Assembly (NCBI GenBank): GCA_964016885.1
Contig: OZ024758.1
Span: forward strand, 39,866,001 to 39,930,000
Direction: 5' to 3'
Length of the DNA: 64,000 nt
Source of the DNA: Eledone cirrhosa
Taxonomy: Eukaryota
The notes beneath the pieces are model-generated. The model did not search any database. It was given only the letters and a program-made list of their open reading frames with translations, and was not told where the DNA came from. The stretch's first letter is position 1; each line of letters opens with the position of its first letter. Positions 27,691 through 41,800 of this stretch are shown in pieces. Made by a program: the position numbers and the translations under genes.

Positions 27691-27965
27691 CACATATATA
27701 TTAAAAAGAAACATTGACACTCCTATGATAAATCAACCGCCTTGAACTCCTTTCCTGCTCTTTACTTCTGCTACGGTTTTTATTTTGCTGATTCTACGTT
27801 CTGTACTCTTGTATATTTACTTATTTTTTTCTCCCTTACCTCCCCTTATATTTTACCTTTTCTTATGCCCCCCCCCCCAATATATTCTTTTTGCCTTGCC
27901 CTTCACATACCTATGTGTATGTGTATCTATATTTGTGTGTATATATATATATATGTGTATATATG

Positions 27966-28022
<57 letters not shown>

Positions 28023-28100
28023 GTGTGTGTATGTGTATGTGTGTATATATATGTATATATTTGTGTGTGTGTATGTATATGTGGATAAACCAGGGTTTTT

Positions 28101-28158
28101 TTCATTCTCAAGATTGAAGGAAAAATTTTTTGCTTTTAAGAAACCACTGGTGAATGGA
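28101..28158 (+). ncRNA. Degenerate hammerhead (CTCAAGA core, GTG triplet)
   Basis: Aligns to 29351-29408 with core and cleavage-site substitutions. Confidence 0.7.
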
Positions 28159-28546
28159 ATAATTGCCTTATGTTGCTTTATTACTTTACTACTATATATA
28201 CGTATATGTAAGGTTCATATGAATTATCTAAGACTGAGTTTTACACATACACACATGTATGTGTGTGTGTATGTGTATGCATGTGTATATATATGTATGT
28301 ATATGTATGTATGTATATATATATATATATATGTGTATATATATATATGTATATATATATATGTGTGTATATGTATGCGTGTGTATGTATATATGTATGT
28401 GTGTCTGTGTTTGTGTTTGTATTTGGTTGTGCGTGTTTATGATATGTACGTATTTGTATGTGTATAATTGTTTAGCTATGTATGTATATGTGTGTGTATG
28501 TATACGTATGTGTGTGCGTGTGCGTTTATATTTATGTATATATATG

Positions 28547-28577
<31 letters not shown>

Positions 28578-28989
28578 ATATAATTACATATACATATGTG
28601 TGTGTATATATTGTATACGTGTGCGTATTTGTGCATGTATGTGCATGTATGTGTTTATGTATTTGTATATGTATATTTATGTGTGAGAGTGTGTGTATGT
28701 GTTTACGATTTCGTACGTATGTATACGTGCATTTGTGTGTATTACTTACCACGCGTGTCTGTCCAGTTAGCTGCCTTATGTAACGGTGTCAAAAAATTTT
28801 TTTAATATATATATATATTTTTTCTTATATTTATTTGCGTGTGTGAATATGTAGAGGAGTGCATTTATGTATGTGTATGTATGTACGTATGTATATATGT
28901 ATGATTGTGTGAATGTATGTATGTATATATGTGTGTGTGTATGGCTATGTTTGTGTATGTGTATGCTTGTACACACATATATATATGTA

Positions 28990-29062
<73 letters not shown>

Positions 29063-29171
29063 ATATGTGTGTGTGTATGTGTATGTATGCGTGTATGTAT
29101 GTGTATATGTGTATGTATGTGTATGTGTATATTTGTGTATGTATATATATATATGTGTATATGTATATATG

Positions 29172-29202
<31 letters not shown>

Positions 29203-29350
29203 ATGTATGCTTTTGTGTTTTTTTGTGTGTGTGTTTGCATGTGTAGTTTTATTTTATTTTTCCTTTCCTTCTTCCTTCTCCAGCCTCACTTTCATATAGA
29301 TTGCATTTTTGTTTTTTAAAATCCAAATTCAATAAACAAACCAGGATTTT

Positions 29351-29408
29351 TTCATTCTGAGGATTGAAAGCAAAACCTTTTGCTTTTAAGAAACCACTGG
29401 TAAATGGA
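29351..29408 (+). ncRNA. Type I hammerhead ribozyme (intact)
   Basis: Stem I ttcatt/aatgga; CTGAGGA; stem II ttgaaagcaaaa-cc-ttttgcttttaa; GAAAC-cactg-GTA (GUA triplet at 29400-29402). Confidence 0.85.
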
Positions 29409-29721
29409 ATAATTGCCTTATCTTGTTTATTACATAATAATATTTTACATGGTAGACATTATTTGAATTTTGAAAATGTGAGACCAGAGAAATTGCTTCA
29501 TGTGACACTGTAAGAAAACATTAAAAATTGAAATGTATATCTTCTTCTTTATCATTAAGTATGTCAGCAGCAGCAGCACCACACACACACACATATATAT
29601 ATACAGAGAGAGAGAGAGAGAAGAGAGAGAGTAGTTAATAATAAATACAAAGACCAAAATCTAGAGAGGGCTCAATAAGATAAGAGTTTTATGTATATAT
29701 ATATATATACATATATATGTA

Positions 29722-29896
29722 TCATCATCATCATCATCATCATTTTACGTCCACTTTTCCCTGCTTGCGAGGGTGGGACGGAAACTGATTCTGGTTTGAT
29801 TTCTACAGCTGGATGCCCTTCCTACCACCAACCTTATTTACAGTGAGTGCTGGGTGCTTTTTTGCTGTGGCACCTCCACGACCACTTTGCAGTGGA
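29722..29896 (-). mobile_element. RTE 3'-end element cut off by the satellite
   Basis: Matches 5004-5177 up to ccactttgcagtggaa, then switches abruptly to agctt repeats. Confidence 0.8.
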
Positions 29897-32800
29897 AGCT
29901 TAGCTTAGGATAGCTTAGCTTAGCTTAGGATAGCTTAGCTTAGCTTAGGATAGCTTAGCTTAGCTTAGGATAGCTTAGCTTAGCTTGGGATAGCTTAGCT
30001 TAGCTTAGCTTAGGATAGCTTAGCTTAGCTTAGGATAGCTTAGCTTAGCTTAGGATAGGTTAGCTTAGCTTAGCTTAGGATAGCTTAGCTTAGCTTAGCT
30101 TAGGATAGCTTAGCTTAGCTTAGGATAGCTTAGCTAAGCTTAGCTTAGGATAGCTTAGCTTAGCTTAGCTTAGGATAGCTTAGCTTAGCTTAGGATAGCT
30201 TAGCTTAGCTTAGGATAGCTTAGCTTAGCTTAGCTTAGGATAGCTTAGCTTAGCTTAGGATAGCTTAGCTTAGCTTAGCTTAGGATAGCTTAGCTTAGCT
30301 TAGGATAGCTTAGCTTAGCTTAGGATAGCTTAGCTTAGCTTAGGATAGCTTAGCTTAGCTTAGGATAGCTTAGCTTAGCTTAGCTTAGGATAGCTTAGCT
30401 TAGCTTAGCTTAGGATAGCTTAGCTTAGCTTAGGATAGCTTAGCTTAGCTTAGGATAGCTTAGCTTAGCTTAGCTTAGGATAGCTTAGCTTAGCTTAGCT
30501 TAGGATAGCTTAGGTGAGCTTAGGATAGCTTAGCTTAGCTTAGCTTAGGATAGCTTAACTTAGCTTAGGATAGCTTAACTTTGCTTAGCTTAGGATAGCT
30601 TAGCTTAGCTTAGCTTAGGCTAGCTTAGCTTAGCTTAGGATAACTTAGCTTAGCTTAGAATAGCTTAGCTTAGCTTAGCTTAGGAAAGCTTAGCTTAGCT
30701 TAGCTTAGGATAGCTTAGCTTAGCTTAGCTTAGGATAGCTTAGCTTTGCTTAGCTTAGGATAGCTTAGCTTAGCTTAGGATAGCTTAGCTTAGCTTAGCT
30801 TAGGATAGCTTAGCTTAGCTTAGGATAGCTTAGCTTAGCTTAGCTTAGGATAGCTTAGCTTAGCTTGGGATAGCTTAGCTTAGCTTAGCTTAGGATAGCT
30901 TAGCTTAGCTTAGGATAGCTTAGCTTAGCTTAGGATAGGTTAGCTTAGCTTAGCTTAGGATAGCTTAGCTTAGCTTAGCTTAGGATAGCTTAGCTTAGCT
31001 TAGGATAGCTTAGCTAAGCTTAGCTTAGGATAGCTTAGCTTAGCTTAGCTTAGGATAGCTTAGCTTAGCTTAGGATAGCTTAGCTTAGCTTAGGATAGCT
31101 TAGCTTAGCTTAGCTTAGGATAGCTTAGCTTAGCTTAGGATAGCTTAGCTTAGCTTAGCTTAGGATAGCTTAGCTTAGCTTAGGATAGCTTAGCTTAGCT
31201 TAGGTAGCTTAGCTTAGGATAGCTTAGCTTAGCTTAGGATAGCTTAGCTTAGCTTAGCTTAGGATAGCTTAGCTTAGCTTAGCTTAGGATAGCTTAGCTT
31301 AGCTTAGGATAGCTTAGCTTAGCTTAGGATAGCTTAGCTTAGCTTAGCTTAGGATAGCTTAGCTTAGCTTAGCTTAGGATAGCTTAGGTGAGCTTAGGAT
31401 AGCTTAGCTTAGCTTAGGATAGCTTAACTTAGCTTAGGATAGCTTAACTCTGCTTAGCTTAGGATAGCTTAGCTTAGCTTAGCTTAGGCTAGCTTAGCTT
31501 AGCTTAGGATAGCTTAGCTTAGCTTAGAATAGCTTAGCTTAGCTTAGCTTAGGAAAGCTTAGCTTAGCTTAGCTTAGGATAGCTTAGCTTAGCTTAGCTT
31601 AGGATAGCTTAGCTTTGCGTAGCTTAGGATAGCTTAGCTTAGCTTAGGATAGCTTAGCTTAGCTTAGCTTAGGATAGCTTAGCTTAGCTTAGCTTAGGAT
31701 AGCTTAGCTTAGCTTAGCTTAGGATAGCTTAACTTAGCTTAGCTTAGGATAGCTTAGCTTAGCTTAGCTTAGGATAGCTTAGCTTAGCTTAGCTTAGGAT
31801 AGCTTAGCTTAGCTTAGCTTAGGATAGCTTAGCTTAGCTTAGGATAGCTTAGCTTAGCTTAGCTTAGGATAGCTTAGCTTAGCTTAGCTTAGGATAGCTT
31901 AGCTTAGCTTAGCTTAGGATAGCTTAGCTTAGCTTAGCTTAGGATAGCTTAGCTTAGCTTAGGATAGCTTAGCTTAGCTTAGGATAGCTTAGCTTAGCTT
32001 AGGATAGCTTAGCTTAGCTTAGCTTAGCTTAGGATAGCTTAGCTTAGCTTAGCTTAGGATAGCTTAGCTTAGGATAGCTTAGCTTAGCTTAGGATAGCTT
32101 AGCTTAGCTTAGGATAGCTTAGCTTAGCTTAGGATAGCTTAGCTTAGCTTAGGATAGCTTAGCTTAGCTTAGCTTAGGATAGCTTAGCTTAGCTTAGGAT
32201 AGCTTAGCTTAGCTTAGGATAGCTTAACTTAGCTTAGCTTAGGATAGCTTAGCTTAGCTTAGCTTAGGATAGCTTAGCTTAGCTTAGGATAGCTTAGCTT
32301 AGCTTAGGATACCTTAGCTTAGCTTAGCTTAGGATAGCTTAGCTTAGCTTAGGATAGCTTAGCTTAGCTTAGCTTAGGATAGCTTAGCTTAGCTTAGGAT
32401 AGCTTAGCTTAGCTTAGGATAGCTTAGCTTAGCTTAGGATAGCTTAGCTTAGCTTAGCTTAGGATAGCTTAGCTTAGCTTAGCTTAGGATAGCTTAGCTT
32501 AGCTTAGGATAGCTTAGCTTAGCTTAGGATAGCTTAGCTTAGCTTAGCTTAGGATAGCTTAGCTTAGCTTAGCTTAGGATAGCTTAGGTGAGCTTAGGAT
32601 AGCTTAGCTTAGCTTAGCTTAGGATAGCTTAACTTAGCTTAGGATAGCTTAACTTTGCTTAGCTTAGGATAGCTTAGCTTAGCTTAGCTTAGGCTAGCTT
32701 AGCTTAGCTTAGGATAGCTTAGCTTAGCTTAGAATAGCTTAGCTTAGCTTAGCTTAGGAAAGCTTAGCTTAGCTTAGCTTAGGATAGCTTAGCTTAGCTT

Positions 32801-35800
32801 AGCTTAGGATAGCTTAGCTTTGCTTAGCTTAGGATAGCTTAGCTTAGGATAGCTTAGCTTAGCTTAGCTTAGCTTAGGATAGCTTAGCTTAGCTTAGCTT
32901 AGGATAGCTTAGGTTAGGATAGCTTAGCTTAGCTTAGGATAGTTTAGCTTAGCTTAGGATAGCTTAGCTTAGCTTAGGATAGCTTAGCTTAGCTTAGCTT
33001 AGGATAGCTTAGCTTAGCTTAGCTTAGGATAGCTTAACTTAGCTTAGGATAGCTTAACTTAGCTTAGCTTAGGATAGCTTAGCTTAGCTTAGCTTAGGAT
33101 AGCTTAGCTTAGCTTAGGATAGCTTAGCTTAGCTTAGCTTAGGATAGCTTAGCTTAGCTTAGCTTAGGATAGCTTAGCTTAGCTTAGCTTAGGATAGCTT
33201 AGGATAGCTTAGCTTAGCTTAGCTTAGGATAGCTTAGCTTAGCTTAGGATAGCTTAGCTTAGCTTAGCTTAGCTTAGGATAGCTTAGCTTAGCTTAGCTT
33301 AGGATAGCTTAGGTTAGGATAGCTTAGCTTAGCTTAGGATAGTTTAGCTTAGCTTAGGATAGCTTAGCTTAGCTTAGGATAGCTTAGCTTAGCTTAGCTT
33401 AGCTTAGCTTAGGATAGCTTAGCTTAGCTTAGCTTAGGATAGCTTAGCTTAGCTTAGCTTAGGATAGCTTAGCTTAGCTTAGGATAGCTTAGCTTAGCTT
33501 AGGATAGCTTAGCTTAGCTTAGCTTAGGATAGCTTAGCTTAGCTTAGCTTAGGATAGCTTAGCTTAGCTTAGGATAGCTTAGCTTAGCTTAGCTTAGGAT
33601 AGCTTAGCTTAGGATAGCTTAGCTTAGCTTAGGATAGCTTACCTTAGCTTAGCTTAGGATAGCTTAGCTTAGCTTAGCTTAGGATAGCTTAGCTTAGCTT
33701 AGCTTAGGATAGCTTAGCTTAGCTTAGGATAGCTTAGCTTAGCTTAGGATAGCTTAGCTTAGCTTAGCTTAGGATAGCTTAGCTTAGCTTAGCTTAGGAT
33801 AGCTTAGCTTAGCTTAGCTTAGGATAGCTTAGCTTAGCTTAGGATAGCTTAGCTTAGCTTAGGATAGCTTAGCTTAGCTTAGGATAGCTTAGCTTAGCTT
33901 AGGATAGCTTAGCTTAGCTTAGCTTAGGATAGCTTAGCTTAGCTTAGGATAGCTTAGCTTAGCTTAGGATAGCTTAACTTAGCTTAGCTTAGGATAGCTT
34001 AGCTTAGCTTAGCTTAGGATAGCTTAGCTTAGCTTAGGATAGCTTAGCTTAGCTTAGCTTAGGATAGCTTAGCTTAGCTTAGGATAGCTTAGCTTAGCTT
34101 AGCTTAGGATAGCTTAGCTTAGCTTAGCTTAGGATAGCTTAACTTAGCTTAGCTTAGGATAGCTTAGCTTAACTTAGCTTAGGATAGCTTAGCTTAGCTT
34201 AGCTTAGGATAGCTTAGCTTAGCTTAGCTTAGGATAGCTTAGCTTAGCTTAGGATAGCTTAGCTTAGCTTAGGATAGCTTAGCTTAGCTTAGCTTAGGAT
34301 AGCTTAGCTTAGCTTAGCTTAGGATAGCTTAACTTAGCTTAGCTTAGGATAGCTTAGCTTAGCTTAGCTTAGGATAGCTTAGCTTAGCTTAGGATAGCTT
34401 AGCTTAGCTTAGGATAGCTTAGCTTAGCTTAGGATAGCTTAGCTTAGCTTAGCTTAGGATAGCTTAGCTTAGCTTAGCTTAGGATAGCTTAGCTTAGCTT
34501 AGCTTAGGATAGCTTAGCTTAGCTTAGCTTAGGATAGCTTAGCTTAGCTTAGCTTAGGATAGCTTAGCTTAGCTTAGCTTAGGATAGCTTAACTTAGCTT
34601 AGCTTAGGATAGCTTAGCTTAGCTTAGCTTAGGATAGCTTAACTTAGCTTAGCTTAGGATAGCTTAGCTTAGCTTAGCTTAGGATAGCTTAGCTTAGCTT
34701 AGGATAGCTTAGCTTAGCTTAGCTTAGGATAGCTTAACGTAGCTTAGCTTATGATAGCTTAGCTTAGCTTAGCTTAGGATAGCTTAGCTTAGCTTAGGAT
34801 AGCTTAGCTTAGCTTAGGATAGCTTAGCTTAGCTTAGCTTAGGATAGCTTAGCTTAACTTAGGATAGCTTAGCTTAGCTTAGCTTAGGTAAGCTTAGCTT
34901 AGCTTAGGATAGCTTAGCTTAGCTTAGGATAGCTTAGCTTAGCTTAGGATAGCATAGCTTAGCTTAGCTTAGGATAGCTTAGCTTAGCTTAGCTTAGGAT
35001 AGCTTAGCTTAGCTTAGGATAGCTTAGCTTAGCTTACCTTAGGATAGCTTAGCTTAGCTTAGATTAGGATAGCTTAGCTTAGCTTAGCTTAGCTTAGGAT
35101 AGCTTAGCTTAGCTTAGGATTGCTTAGCTTAGCTTAGCTTAGGATAGCTTAACTTAGCTTAGCTTAGGATAGCTTAGCTTAGCTTAGGATAGCTTAGCTT
35201 AGCTTAGGATAGCTTGCTTAGCTTAGCTTAGGTTAGCTTAGCTTAGCTTAGCTTAGGATAGCTTAGCTTAGCTTAGGATAGCTTAGCTTAGCTTAGCTTA
35301 GGATAGCTTAGCTTAGCTTAGCTTAGGATAGCTTAACTTAGCTTAGCTTAGGATAGCTTAGCTTAGCTTAGCTTAGGATAGCTTAGCTTAGCTTAGGATA
35401 GCTTAGCTTAGCTTAGGATAGCTTAGCTTAGCTTAGCTTAGGATAGCTTAGCTTAGCTTAGCTGAGGATACCTTAGCTTAGCTTAGGATAGCTTAGCTTA
35501 GCTTAGCTTAGGATAGCTTAGCTTAGCTTAGGATAGCTTAGCTTAGCTTAGGATAGCTTAGCTTACCTTAGGATAGCTTAGCTTAGCTTAGGATAGCTTA
35601 GCTTAGCTTAGGATAGCTTAGCTTCGGATAGCTTAGCTTAGCTTAGCTTAGGATACCTTAGCTTAGCTTAGGATAGCTTAGCTTAGCTTAGCTTAGGATA
35701 GCTTAGCTTAGCTTAGCTTAGGATAGCTTAGCTTAGGATAGCTTAGCTTAGCTTAGGATAGCTTAGCTTAGCTTAGCTTAGGATAGCTTAGCTTAGCTTA

Positions 35801-38800
35801 GGATAGCTTAGCTTAGCTTAGGATAGCTTAGCTTAGCTTAGCTTAGGATAGCTTAGCTTAGCTTAGCTTAGGATAGCTTAACTTAGCTTAGCTTAGGATA
35901 GCTTAGCTTAGCTTAGCTTAGGATAGCTTAGCTTTGCTTAGGATAGCTTAGCTTAGCTTAGGATAGCTTAGCTTAGCTTAGGATAGCTTAGCTTAGCTTA
36001 GGATAGCTTAGCTTAGCTTAGCTTAGGATAGCTTAGCTTAGCTTAGCTTAGGATAGCTTAGCTTAGCTTAGGATAGCTTAACTTAGCTTAGCTTAGGATA
36101 GCTTAGCTTAGCTTAGCTTAGGATAGCTTAACTTAGCTTAGCATAGGATAGCTTAACTTAGCTTAGCTTAGGATAGCTTAGCTTAGCTTAGGATAGCTTA
36201 GGTTAGCTTAGGATAGCTTAGCTTAGCTTAGGATAGCTTAGCTTAGATTAGGATAGCTTAGCTTAGCTTAGCTTAGGATAGCTTAGCTTAGCTTAGCTTA
36301 GGATAGCTTAGCTTAGCTTAGGAGAGCTTAGCTTAGCTTAGGATAGCTTAGCTTAGCTTGGGATAGCTTAGCTTAGCTTAGGATAGCTTAGCCAAGCTTA
36401 GCTTAGGATAGCTTAGCTTAGCTTAGCTTAGGTTAGCTTAGCTTAGCTTAGGATAGCTTAGCTTAGCTTAGCTTAGGATAGCTTAGCTTAGCTTAGCTTA
36501 GGATAGCTTAGCTTAGCTTAGCTTAGGATATCTTAGCTTAGCTTAGCTTAGGATAGCTTAGCTTAGCTTAGGATAGCTTAGCTTAGCTTAGCTTAGGATA
36601 GCTTAGCTTAGCTTAGCTTAGGATAGCTTAGCTTAGCTTAGGATAGCTTAGCTTAGCTTATGATAGCTTAGCTTAGCTTAGGATAGCTTAGCTTAGCTTA
36701 GCTTAGGATAGCTTAGCTTAGCTTAGCTTAGGATAGCTTAGCTTAGCTTAGCTTAGGATAGCTTAGCTTAGCTTAGGATAGCTTAGCTTAGCTTAGCTTA
36801 GGATAGCTTAGCTTAGCTTAGCTTAGGATAGCTTAGCTTAGCTTAGGATAGCTTAGCTTAGCTTAGCTTAGGATAGCTTAGCTTAGCTTAGCTTAGGATA
36901 GCTTAGCTTAGCTTAGCTTAGGATAGCTTAGCTAAGCTTAGCTTAGGATAGCTTAACTTAGCTTAGGATAGCTTAGCTTAGCTTAGCTTAGGATAGCTTA
37001 ACTTAGCTTAGGATAGCTTAACTTAGCTTAGCCTAGGATAGCTTAGCTTAGCTTAGCTTAGGATAGCTTAGCTTAGCTTAGGATAGCTTAGCTTAGCTTA
37101 GGATAGCTTAGCTTAGCTTAGCTTAGGATAGCTTAGCTTAGCTTAGCTTAGGATAGCTTAACTTAGCTTAGCTTAGGATAGCTTAGCTTAGCTTAGCTTA
37201 GGATAGCTTAGCTTAGCTTAGGATAGCTTAGCTTAGCTTAGCTTAGCTTAGGATAGCTGAGCTTAGCTTAGGATAGCTTAGCTTAGCTTAGCTTAGGATA
37301 GCTTAGCTTAGCTTAGCTTAGGATAGCTTAGCTTAGCTTAGCTTAGGATAGCTTAGCTTAGCTTAGGATAGCTTAGCTTAGCATAGCTTAGGTTAGCTTA
37401 GCTTAGCTTAGCTTAGGATAGCTTAACTTAGCTTAGCTTAGGATAGCTTAGCTTAGCTTAGCTTAGGATAGCTTAGCTTAGCTTAGGATAGCTTAGCTTA
37501 GCTTAGCTTAGGATAGCTTAACGTAGCTTAGCTTAGGATAGCTTAGCTTAGCTTAGGATAGCTTAGCTTAGCTTAGGATAGCTTAGCTTAGCTTAGGATA
37601 GCTTAGCTTAGCTTAGGATAGCTTAGCTTAGCTTAGCTTAGGATAGCTTAGCTTAGCTTAGGATAGCTTAGCTTAGCTTAGCTTAGGTTAGCTTAGCTTA
37701 GCTTAGGATAGCTTAGCTTAGCTTAGGATAGCTTAGCTTAGCTTAGGATAGCTTAGCTTAGCTTAGGATAGCTTAGCTTAGCTTAGCTTATGATAGCTTA
37801 GCTTAGCTTAGCTTAGGATAGCTTAGCTTAGCTTAGCTTAGGATAGCTTAGCTTAGCTTAGGATAGCTTAGCTTAGCTTAGCTTAGCTTAGGATAGCTTA
37901 GCTTAGCTTAGGATAGCTTAGCTTAGCTTAGGATAGCTTAGCTTAGCTTAGGATAGCTTAGCTTAGCTTAGCTTAGGATAGCTTAGCTTAGCTTAGCTTA
38001 GGATAGCTTAGCTTAGCTTAGGTTAGCTTAGCTTAGCTTAGCTTAGGATAGCTTAGCTTAGCTTGGGATAGCTTAGCTTAGGATAGCTTAGCTTAGCTTA
38101 GCTTAGGATAGCTTAGCTTAGCTTAGCTTAGGATAGCTTAGCTTAGCTTAGGATAGCTTAGCTTAGCTTAGGATAGCTTAGCTTAGCTTAGGATAGCTTA
38201 GCTTAGCTTAGCTTAGGATAGCTTAGCTTAGCTTAGCTTAGGATAGCTTAGCTTAGCTTAGCTTAGGATAGCTTAGCTTAGCTTAGGATAGCTTAGCTTA
38301 GCTTAGCTTAGGATAGCTTAGCTTAGCTTAGCTTAGGATAGCTTAGCTTAGCTTAGCTTAGGATAGCTTAACTTAGCTTAGGATAGCTTAACTTAGCTTA
38401 GCTTAGGATAGCTTAGCTTAGCTTAGTTTAGGATAGCTTAGCTTAGCTTAGGATAGCTTAGCTTAGCTTAGCTTAGGATAGCTTAGCTTAGCTTAGCTTA
38501 GGATAGCTTAAGTTAGCTTAGCTTAGGATAGCTTAGCTTAGCTTACATTAGGTTAGCTTAGCTTAGCTTACCTTAGGATAGCTTAGCTTAGCTTAGCTTA
38601 GGATAGCTTAGCTTAGCTTAGCTTAGCTTAGCTTAGGCTAGCTTAGCTTAGCTTAGTTTAGGATAGCTTAGCTTAGCTTAGCTTAGGATAGCTTAGCTTA
38701 GCTTAGCTTAGGATAGCTTAGCTTAGCTTAGCTTAGGATAGCTTAGCTTAGCTTAGCTTAGGATAGCTTAGGATAGCTTAGCTTAGGATAGCTAAGCTTA

Positions 38801-41800
38801 GCTTAGCTTAGGATAGCTGAGCTTAGCTTAGGATAGCTTAGCTTAGCTTAGCTTAGGATAGCTTAGCTTAGCTTAGCTTAGGATAGCTTAGCTTAGCTTA
38901 GCTTAGGATAGCTTAGCTTAGCTTAGGATAGCTTAGCTTAGCTTAGGTTAGCTTAGCTTAGCTTAGCTTAGGATAGCTTAACTTAGCTTAGCTTAGCATA
39001 GCTTAGTTTAGCTTAGCTTAGGATAGCTTAGCTTAGCTTAGGATAGCTTAGCTTAGCTTAGGATAGCTTAGCTTAGCTTAGCTTAGGATAGCTTAACGTA
39101 GCTTAGCTTAGGATAGCTTAGCTTAGCTTAGGATAGCTTAGCTTAGCTTAGGATAGCTTAGCTTAGCTTAGGATAGCTTAGCTTAGCTTAGGATAGCTTA
39201 GCTTAGCTTAGCTTAGGATAGCTTAGCTTAGCTTAGGATAGCTTAGTTTAGCTTAGCTTAGGATAGCTTAGCTTAGCTTAGCTTAGGATAGCTTAGCTTA
39301 GCTTAGGATAGCTTAGCTTAGATTAGCTTAGGATAGCTTAGCTTAGCTTAGGATAGCTTAACTTAGCTTAGGATAGCTTAGCTTAGCTTAGGATAGCTTA
39401 GCTTAGCTTAGCTTAGGATAGCTTAGCTTAGCTTAGCTTAGGATAGCTTAGCTTAGCTTAGCTTAGGATAGCTTAGCTTAGCTTAGCTTAAGATAGCTTA
39501 GCTTAGCTTAGGATAGCTTAGCTTAGCTTAGGATAGCTTAGCTTAGCTTAGCTTAGGATAGCTTAGCTTAGCTTAGGATAGCTTATCTTAGCTTAGCTTA
39601 GGATAGCTTAGCTTAGCTTAGCTTAGGATAGCTTAGCTTAGCTTAGGATAGCTTAGCTTAGCTTAGCTTAGGATAGCTTAGCTTAGCTTAGCTTAGGATA
39701 GCTTAGCTTAGCTTAGCTTAGGATAGCTTAGCTTAGCTTAGGATAGCTTAGCTTAGCTTAGCTTAGGATAGCTTAACTTAGCTTAGCTTAGGATAGCTTA
39801 GCTTAGCTTAGCTTAGGATAGCTTAGCTTAGCTTAGCTTAGGATAGCTTAGCTTAGATTAGCTTAGGATAGCTTAGCTTAGCTTAGGATAGCTTAACTTA
39901 GCTTAGGATAGCTTAGCTTAGCTTAGGATAGCTTAGCTTAGCTTAGCTTAGGATAGCTTAGCTTAGCTTAGCTTAGGATAGCTTAGCTTAGCTTAGGATA
40001 GCTTAGCTTAGCTTAGCTTAGGATAGCTTAGCTTAGCTTAGCTTAAGATAGCTTAGCTTAGCTTAGGATAGCTTAGCTTAGCTTAGCTTAGGATAGCTTA
40101 GCTTAGCTTAGCTTAGGATAGCTTAGCTTAGCTTAGGATAGCTTATCTTAGCTTAGCTTAGGATAGCTTAGCTTAGCTTAGCTTAGGATAGCTTAGCTTA
40201 GCTTAGGATAGCTTATCTTAGCTTAGCTTAGGATAGCTTAGCTTAGCTTAGCTTAGGATAGCTTAGCTTAGCTTAGCTTAGGATAGCTTAGCTTAGCTTA
40301 GGATAGCTTAGCTTAGCTTAGCTTAGGATAGCTTAGCTTAGCTTAGGATAGCTTAGCTTAGCTTAGGATAGCTTAACTTAGCTTAGGATAGCTTAACTTA
40401 GCTTAGCTTAGGATAGCTTAGCTTAGTTTAGGATAGCTTAGCTTAGCTTAGGATAGCTTAGCTTAGCTTAGGATAGCTTAGCTTAGCTTAGCTTAGGATA
40501 GCTTAGCTTAGCTTAGCTTAGGATAGCTTAAGTTAGCTTAGCTTAGGATAGCTTAGCTTAGCTTAGCTTAGGATAGCTTAGCTTAGCTTACCTTAGGATA
40601 GCTTAGCTTAGCTTAGCTTAGGATAGCTTAGCTTAGCTTAGGATAGCTAAGCTTAGCTTAGCTTAGGACAGCTGAGCTTAGCTTAGGATAGCTTAGCTTA
40701 GCTTAGGATAGCTTAGCTTAGCTTAGGTAGCTTAGCTTAGCTTAGGTTAGCTTAGCTTAGCTTAGCTTAGGATAGCTTAACTTAGCTTAGCTTAGCATAG
40801 CTTAGCTTAGCTTAGCTTAGGATAGCTTAGCTTAGCTTAGGATAGCTTAGCTTAGCTTAGGATAGCTTAGCTTAGCTTAGCTTAGGATAGCTTAACGTAG
40901 CTTAACTTAGGATAGCTTAGCTTAGCTTAGGATAGCTTAGCTTAGCTTAGGATAGCTTAGCTTAGCTTAGGATAGCTTAGCTTAGCTTAGCTTAGGATAG
41001 CTTAGCTTAGCTTAGCTTAGGATAGCTTAGCTTAGCTTAGGATAGCTTAGCTTAGCTTAGCTTAGGATAGCTTAGCTTAGCTTAGCTTAGGATAGCTTAG
41101 CTTAGCTTAGGATAGCTTAGCTTAGCTTAGCTTAGGATAGCTTAGCTTAGCTTAGCTTAGGATAACTTAGCTTAGATTAGCTTAGGATAGCTTAGCTTAG
41201 CTTAGGATAGCTTAACTTAGCTTAGGATAGCTTAGCTTAGCTTAGCTTAGGATAGCTTAGCTTAGCTTAGCTTAGGATAGCTTAGCTTAGCTTAGGATAG
41301 CTTAGCTTAGCTTAGCTTAGGATAGCTTCGCTTAGCTTAGCTTAAGATAGCTTAGCTTAGCTTAGGAAAGCTTAGCTTAGCTTAGGATAGCTTAGCTTAG
41401 CTTAGCTTAGTATAGCTTAGCTTAGCTTAGGATAGCTTATCTTAGCTTAGCTTAGGATAGCTTAGCTTAGGATAGCTTAGCTTAGCTTAGGATAGCTTAG
41501 CTTAGCTTAGCTTAGGATAGCTTAACTTAGCTTAGGATAGCTTAACTTAGCTTAGCTTAGGATAGCTTAGCTTAGCTTAGCTTAGGATAGCTTAGCTTAG
41601 CTTAGGATAGCTTAGCTTAGCTTAGGATAGCTTAGCTTAGCTTAGGATAGCTTAGCTTAGCTTAGCTTAGGATAGCTTAACTTAGCTTAGCTTAGGATAG
41701 CCTAGCTTAGCTTAGGATAGCTTAGCTTAGCTTACCTTAGGATAGCTTAGCTTAGCTTAGCTTAGGTTAGCTTAGCTTAGCTTAGGATAGCTTAGCTTAG

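Larger units (their letters stand above)
27333..29442 (+). mobile_element. Hammerhead-bearing PLE-type element, family 2, copy A
   Basis: Inverted arms ~27398-27690 and ~29170-29442, one-sided tail 27333-27397, internal degenerate hammerhead at 28101 and microsatellite-rich body. Homologous to 52367-54573. Confidence 0.85.
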
